Of a stretch of 64,000 nucleotides of DNA, positions 59,147-64,000 are shown piece after piece. The stretch is from positions 43,563 through 107,562 of the forward strand of contig JAKAVT010000002.1 of assembly GCA_021817165.1 (NCBI GenBank), read 5' to 3'. The DNA comes from Nanobdellota archaeon (lineage in GTDB: Archaea > Nanobdellota > Nanobdellia > Parvarchaeales > Parvarchaeaceae). Every line of letters starts with the position of its first letter. Position 1 is the first letter of the stretch. Under the pieces are notes generated by a model. The model was given only the letters and a program-made list of their open reading frames with translations. It searched no databases and had not been told where the DNA came from. A program made the position numbers and the translations under genes.

Positions 59147-60100
59147 ATGTCTGAAATTCCCTTTAAAGGAGAGATACGCAGGGATTACATAACGGGATCA
59201 GACGTAATATTCACCTTCTCCAGAGACAAAAGGCCAAAGGACTTCAAAAATGAAGAAGTAATTTACGGGAACGCAGAGGATTGCCCATTCGAATACGGAA
59301 AGGAAAACCTCAACACAACGATAAAACTTATTGGAGAGCCGTGGAGGTTAAGATTGATGTACAACAAGTATCCTATCGTAAACGAAGAAACGGCGCCTTA
59401 CAAAAATGAAGATTTTTTCACTAAATATGCGAATTATGGCCATTCCTACGTAGTAGTGGACACTCCCAACCACACGCAGAAATTTCACGAAATTGAAGAT
59501 GAAATGCTAGAAAAGTGGTTAGAGCTCGTAGCGGAAGGGGAAAAATTAGCGTACTCGGACAAGAAGATAAAGCAGGTGTACACATTCAGGAACAATGGCA
59601 GCATAAGCGGTGGAAGTCTTTACCATCCCCACACGCAGATAATAGGACTGACTTTTGTTTTGCCGATAATAAAGCAGGAACTGCGGATTATAAAAAACAA
59701 CGGCGGAAAATGCATCCTTGAAGAAGCGGTGAAAAAAGAGGGAAAACGCATATTAATAGCGGATGAAAACGCAGTTGCGCTTGCGCCTTACGGCTCAAGG
59801 TTTAGGGGACTTTCAATAATAATGCCCAAAAGGCACATAAGCTACGTGGGAAATCTAAAGGAGAACGAGATAAAAAGCATGACAAAGTTTATGAAAACCA
59901 TACTTTCTAGGAATCAAAGGATATTCGGCAGCCATTCTTACAACATGATATTCCACGAACTAAAAGACGACAAAGATTTTCATTTCTACGTGGAGATAAC
60001 GCCAAGGTTCTCTAGCTTCGGCGCAATGGAACTGTCCGGAGTCTACATGAACTCTCTAAAACCTGAAGACTATGTCGAAAGATTCAACGAAGCGGCTTAA
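59147..60100 (+). CDS. galT: Galactose-1-phosphate uridylyltransferase (GalT-like)
   Basis: RDKRP, CPF, NKYP, GGSLYHPHTQ; likely ATG at 59147. Confidence 0.9.
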   Translation: MSEIPFKGEIRRDYITGSDVIFTFSRDKRPKDFKNEEVIYGNAEDCPFEYGKENLNTTIKLIGEPWRLRLMYNKYPIVNEETAPYKNEDFFTKYANYGHSYVVVDTPNHTQKFHEIEDEMLEKWLELVAEGEKLAYSDKKIKQVYTFRNNGSISGGSLYHPHTQIIGLTFVLPIIKQELRIIKNNGGKCILEEAVKKEGKRILIADENAVALAPYGSRFRGLSIIMPKRHISYVGNLKENEIKSMTKFMKTILSRNQRIFGSHSYNMIFHELKDDKDFHFYVEITPRFSSFGAMELSGVYMNSLKPEDYVERFNEAA

Positions 60101-60104
60101 TCCA

Positions 60105-61085
60105 TCATTTTGACAGGAAAGACATCAATTCCATTAAATCATTTTTACTTCCGTACATCGCTACCCCTCCCAGAAATATTGTTTTAACTGCAGCTTTTGA
60201 ATTTTTAACGTAATTAAAGAAGTCGCTTTTGTATTTTTCTTCGAGGTTTTCCCTTATAAGAACGTCAAAATCGCCGGCATCATAGGATTTGAATTTGCTC
60301 TTGTCTATAAGATAACCATAAGCCTGTCCGTCTTTTGCCTGCATGTTTATTACGTCGGTTATGTGATATTCTCCGCCCGCACCCCTTTTAACCTTTTCAA
60401 TTTTGTTTTTGCCGTCTTCATTGATAAGGTAAATACCTCCGGCTACCGACAGTTCCGTTGGGTTTTTCTTTACGTATTCCAAAGCCGGTTTTTCTACTAT
60501 CTTGTCAAGTTTGTAAAGATTGCCCCCTAGATAATCACCGTAAGCAGCAGATTTTTCAGTGATCCTTTCAATGTTATGTGTTTTCATTGAAACAAGCGTG
60601 TTGCCGTCGTATTTAGAAAGCATCTGCTCAAGCAGCGATTTTCCCCCTTCTATATTTTGCTGCATAACGTCGGAAAACATGACTGCGCAGGGTTCATCAT
60701 TCAAAAATCCGCTGTCATATGCTACCTTTAAACCTGCGGCAGTACCTAGCGGCTTGCCGGTTTTTCTGTCCACCGGCTGAAAATCCAGGCCTATCCTTAT
60801 TTTTCCATTTTCTATCTCTTTCTTGTATTCGCTTAAGTTATCTGCGACTTTTTCCTTGCTGAAATAATCCAGAAGCATATTAAACGTAGTTATCCCTTCT
60901 CTATCATTCCTGGATACTATCAGTATATCATTTATTCCTGCGTCTATCATCTGATATGCTATGCGTTTCGTCATGGGAACTTGGCCCAGCGGCAGCATTG
61001 GTTTAGGTATGTAATAGGTAGCAGGCCTGGCTCTTGTTCCGCTGCCTGAAGCAAGTATCACTCCCTTTGTTATCTTATTTACCAT
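60105..61085 (-). CDS. Sugar-phosphate nucleotidyltransferase (GalU-like)
   Basis: GVILASGSGTRARPAT..PKPM, PLGTA, IVEKP, GEYHITD. Confidence 0.88.
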   Translation of the reverse strand: MVNKITKGVILASGSGTRARPATYYIPKPMLPLGQVPMTKRIAYQMIDAGINDILIVSRNDREGITTFNMLLDYFSKEKVADNLSEYKKEIENGKIRIGLDFQPVDRKTGKPLGTAAGLKVAYDSGFLNDEPCAVMFSDVMQQNIEGGKSLLEQMLSKYDGNTLVSMKTHNIERITEKSAAYGDYLGGNLYKLDKIVEKPALEYVKKNPTELSVAGGIYLINEDGKNKIEKVKRGAGGEYHITDVINMQAKDGQAYGYLIDKSKFKSYDAGDFDVLIRENLEEKYKSDFFNYVKNSKAAVKTIFLGGVAMYGSKNDLMELMSFLSK

Positions 61086-61121
61086 AGTACAATAGTGATG
61101 ACATGTTATTTAAATAGCTGA

Positions 61122-61745
61122 CTACTTAAGACCGCGTGGCGGCAAAAATATCATGCCGTTGTATACATCCATGAATTTTGGATGTTCAACCACAAGCATT
61201 GATTTGGCATTAAGAGGATAAACGTGCCAGCATGCCGGAAATCCCCTCGCATCGGTTCTTGCATTCGGAACGATGTACTCCCTTTCTGTTTCTAGGTTGG
61301 ATGGAATTTTAAGGCTTACCTTCGTGTTCAATGGAAACTGCAGCGAATGCATCTCACCCTGCTGTGTGTCTATGCGGTTAAGCACTTGGGTTATTATGTT
61401 AAAAGCGCTTGTCTTTTTGCCGCTGCCGTCATTCATGAAATACACGTCGTAAAATTCTTCTGAGTCGTTTCCACCGGAAAGCCTAGTTATGTTTTCGGGT
61501 ATGCTGTTCCTCACGACGGAAGCATCAAGTCCTGCCCTAAGCGGATCCATATTTATGTAAGCATGCACCCTCTGCTTTTTACCGTCTTCTTCCAAAAGAG
61601 AAAAGTATTCAATTTTGAAGTCCTTGGAATAATTAACATTGTATACTGAAAAGTCGACGGTTATCTCTGGCCGGTCTATCTTATAGCTTTTCATCCTCTT
61701 TCCCGCTCTTAGAAGTTCTTCCAGACTGGCTTCCATTGTTTTCAT
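61122..61745 (-). CDS. Hypothetical protein
   Basis: 207-aa ORF, no recognised motif. Confidence 0.7.
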   Translation of the reverse strand: MKTMEASLEELLRAGKRMKSYKIDRPEITVDFSVYNVNYSKDFKIEYFSLLEEDGKKQRVHAYINMDPLRAGLDASVVRNSIPENITRLSGGNDSEEFYDVYFMNDGSGKKTSAFNIITQVLNRIDTQQGEMHSLQFPLNTKVSLKIPSNLETEREYIVPNARTDARGFPACWHVYPLNAKSMLVVEHPKFMDVYNGMIFLPPRGLK

Positions 61746-61772
61746 AGACTAAAACAAGTATATATTACTATT

Positions 61773-62423
61773 CTATGCCATTCTGCGCTTTACTGATGCA
61801 CGCTTTCCAGCCAGAAGCATGAAAACGAGGGGATAGCTTATAACCAGTAAAAACGAGAAGAAATACGAAACATAAGGGACGAGCCCAGATATGAATATCA
61901 CTACTATGAAAAGAAGGACCATTGCAAACAGATACCACCAATTGCCGAAAGTCATGTTCCAGCTCCTTTTTATCGCATCTACCGGACTTTTATCTTCAAT
62001 TACAGAGGATACAGGAGAAAGGATCAATTTAAGTGACAAGTATATGCCTGGGATTACAAACGCAATAAAGCCTAGAGCGATTATAACCGATGTCAAAAAG
62101 GTTGTCGCGAGCAGGGCAGGATATCTTTTCAGGGCCTTGACTATGACTTCTTTCACATTTTTCTTTTTGCCGCTAACCCTTACAAATACCATGCCGCTTA
62201 TAAAAGTGCCTGCAAGGAAAATCAATACTGCGTAGATTAAAATGTAGGATATGCCGACGGCTGATATGCCGGATACCGTAAGATTTGTGACATTCAATGA
62301 GGAAGTATAAGCCCCGAAAAGGATGTAGATTATTGCGTATATCACTGCCAACGAAAAGAGCAAAGGATCCGTAAAAAGCAGGATGAAACTCTTTTTAAAG
62401 ACGGATATCGCATCAAATGCCAT
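61773..62423 (-). CDS. Conserved-type membrane protein
   Basis: Multi-TM; FVIPGIYL...VIEDKSPVDAIKRSWNMTFGNWW. Confidence 0.8.
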   Translation of the reverse strand: MAFDAISVFKKSFILLFTDPLLFSLAVIYAIIYILFGAYTSSLNVTNLTVSGISAVGISYILIYAVLIFLAGTFISGMVFVRVSGKKKNVKEVIVKALKRYPALLATTFLTSVIIALGFIAFVIPGIYLSLKLILSPVSSVIEDKSPVDAIKRSWNMTFGNWWYLFAMVLLFIVVIFISGLVPYVSYFFSFLLVISYPLVFMLLAGKRASVKRRMA

Positions 62424-62495
62424 TTCAATTAAACAAAATTATGATATAAATAATGCACGTACATCAATAAATAAATCAAATAACCATATAATAAC

Positions 62496-62846
62496 ATGGA
62501 AGAACTGCTTTTTATGATATACGGCACGCATCCAAAGAGCAGGAAGCTCTACGCAGAGGCTGAAAAAATAATAAACCTGATAAGGGAGAAGGGCAGCATA
62601 AACCGCGAAGATCTGGCAAACTCGCTCAACATAGACATAAACTCGCAGAACGGCAAAAAGCATTTCTATAACCTGATATCGCCGATGTTCAACACAATAT
62701 TGGTATCCGAGCACAGGGGAAAGACGGTGTATTACCGGCTTTCGTACGATTTATTCAGGGTATACATAGACGGAATAAGGAGAAAGGCAAAATATTATCT
62801 CGTAAAAAATGCGGATAATATAAAAGAGGACTCGGACCAGCAATGA
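62496..62846 (+). CDS. Putative winged-helix DNA-binding protein
   Basis: IINLIREKGSINREDLANSL...RGKTVYYRLS; stop overlaps the next start. Confidence 0.7.
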   Translation: MEELLFMIYGTHPKSRKLYAEAEKIINLIREKGSINREDLANSLNIDINSQNGKKHFYNLISPMFNTILVSEHRGKTVYYRLSYDLFRVYIDGIRRKAKYYLVKNADNIKEDSDQQ

Positions 62847-63367
62847 AATATTATTCCGGAAAGGGCGACAATGGTAAGACAAACATAGCGGACAAGCGCG
62901 TAGGAAAAGACAACCGCATAATAGAATTCATAGGGAGTTTGGACGAACTTAGCGCCTTCATAGGGTATGCCGCATCAAAGATTAAATACGAGGACATAAA
63001 ACTTATACTTAAAAAAATTGAGAAAAAAATCTACATAATAAGTGCCTATGCCGCAGGTTATGCACCATTGATAAAGAAGGAAAGGATAGAGATAAACAAA
63101 GAGGACGTAGCGGATCTTGAAAGAGACATTGATTTGCTGGCGGGAGAAATAAAGGACATAACGAAGTTCATATATCCAAACGGAAGCGAATCTGCATGCA
63201 TAATAAACATATGCAGAACGATTGCAAGAAAGGCCGAAAGATACGCAGTAAAATCGGACATTAAAAACGAGCAGATACTTGCCTACCTTAACCGTCTTTC
63301 ATCGCTCCTATTCGTTTTGTCAAGGACATTGAACAAAAGAGACGGTTTTAACGAAGAATTCTTCTGA
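62843..63367 (+). CDS. ATP:cob(I)alamin adenosyltransferase, PduO type
   Basis: YSGKGDNGKT, GSLDELSAFIG, CRTIARKAER, YLNRLSSLLF. Confidence 0.92.
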   Translation: MKYYSGKGDNGKTNIADKRVGKDNRIIEFIGSLDELSAFIGYAASKIKYEDIKLILKKIEKKIYIISAYAAGYAPLIKKERIEINKEDVADLERDIDLLAGEIKDITKFIYPNGSESACIINICRTIARKAERYAVKSDIKNEQILAYLNRLSSLLFVLSRTLNKRDGFNEEFF

Positions 63368-63370
63368 AGA

Positions 63371-63886
63371 TCAGGCTATTACTACCCTTGTCTGTATCCC
63401 GAGCTTCTTCCCCATCTTGAACGCAGCGTTCTTTGCAGCTTCCAAATTGGCCTTATCAACGTGTATTTCGAATATGCGCTTTCCCGCGGATAACCTGGCA
63501 GCCAGCCCTATCGGCTTGCCAAACGATTTCTGCATGCCTGACGAGAAACGGTCTGCTCCTGCACCGGTAGCAAGCTTGTGCTCCCTAAGCACCTGATGTG
63601 GGTATGCTACTACGATTATGTGAAAATTCTGATCCGTTATGCTGTCCGTAAGGTACTTATTCGCCACTATCCTTGCGGATTCTATGGCGTTGTCCCTCAA
63701 CTGAAGCGATTTTTCTGACAGAAGGAAAACTTTGCTATCAAATTCCTTTTTCGTATTACCAGAATGATACTGGGTTATTTTAGGTTTTTGGGCTATTTTT
63801 ATATAGCTTTTTGTCTTGTATTTTGACTTTCTAGTGTAAGGAATCTTAAAATCCCTGTACGACCTTCCAGGCCTTAATTTTGACAT
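63371..63886 (-). CDS. rpl10e: 50S ribosomal protein L10e (uL16)
   Basis: LRPGRSYR, AIESAR, REHKLATGAGADRFSSGM..SFGKP. Confidence 0.97.
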   Translation of the reverse strand: MSKLRPGRSYRDFKIPYTRKSKYKTKSYIKIAQKPKITQYHSGNTKKEFDSKVFLLSEKSLQLRDNAIESARIVANKYLTDSITDQNFHIIVVAYPHQVLREHKLATGAGADRFSSGMQKSFGKPIGLAARLSAGKRIFEIHVDKANLEAAKNAAFKMGKKLGIQTRVVIA

Positions 63887-63887
63887 G

Positions 63888-64000
63888 CTAATCCTTGCCC
63901 CCCTTCTTCTTTGAAAAATCTATCGTTATCTTGCCTGACAATTTTATCGGTTCGCTTATGTTCGGAAGTTTTATCTCCAGATTATCAAGATCGAACGAAA
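63888..64000 (-). CDS. 3' end of a hypothetical protein (runs off window)
   Basis: Open frame ...SFDLDNLEIKLPNISEPIKLSGKITIDFSKKKGGKD* ending 1 nt before the rpl10e ATG. Confidence 0.55.
   Translation of the reverse strand, partial: SFDLDNLEIKLPNISEPIKLSGKITIDFSKKKGGKD

Noticed and set aside
1-64000. CRISPR array, cas genes, IS elements, integrase, provirus, rRNA, SRP RNA
   Set aside because: No regularly spaced repeats or recognisable motifs seen. The Cas2-like pattern at 7296 has no CRISPR context.
63886-64000. Possible N-terminal extension or fusion to rpl10e
   Set aside because: The upstream frame stops at TAG (63888-63890), one base before the rpl10e ATG.

Overview
A gene-dense archaeal chromosome segment with many leaderless genes and no rRNA, CRISPR, transposase or integrase. 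Gene content suggests a small-genome acidophilic DPANN archaeon, Parvarchaeota-like (inference, not a database result). Supporting signs are compact, divergent housekeeping genes, a Thermoplasmatales-type ATP synthase gene order, class III signal-peptide DUF2341/LamG surface proteins and thermopsin-type repeats. The window carries an smc/scpB/scpA/cdc48 cluster, a complete atpKECFABDHI operon, ProRS, LeuRS, RFC, topoisomerase VI, Elp3, FtsY, several ribosomal proteins and five intron-less tRNAs (Gln, Thr, Arg, Ala, Glu). Four things are missing from the ORF track: the partial smc gene, rpl39e, a 282-nt RNase P RNA that appears to keep P8 but lack P6/P16/P17, and a 41-codon highly acidic micro-ORF with its own promoter, 5' hairpin and strong Shine-Dalgarno. 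Several proteins look like pseudo-enzymes (HIT, RFC-L, GT2-GtrA, an NTase-like protein). No clearly novel multi-gene system can be proven from sequence alone. The best leads are the acidic micro-protein unit, the RNase P RNA variant, the cdc48-kleisin operon and the pilin-like adhesins. All family assignments come from motif recognition by eye.
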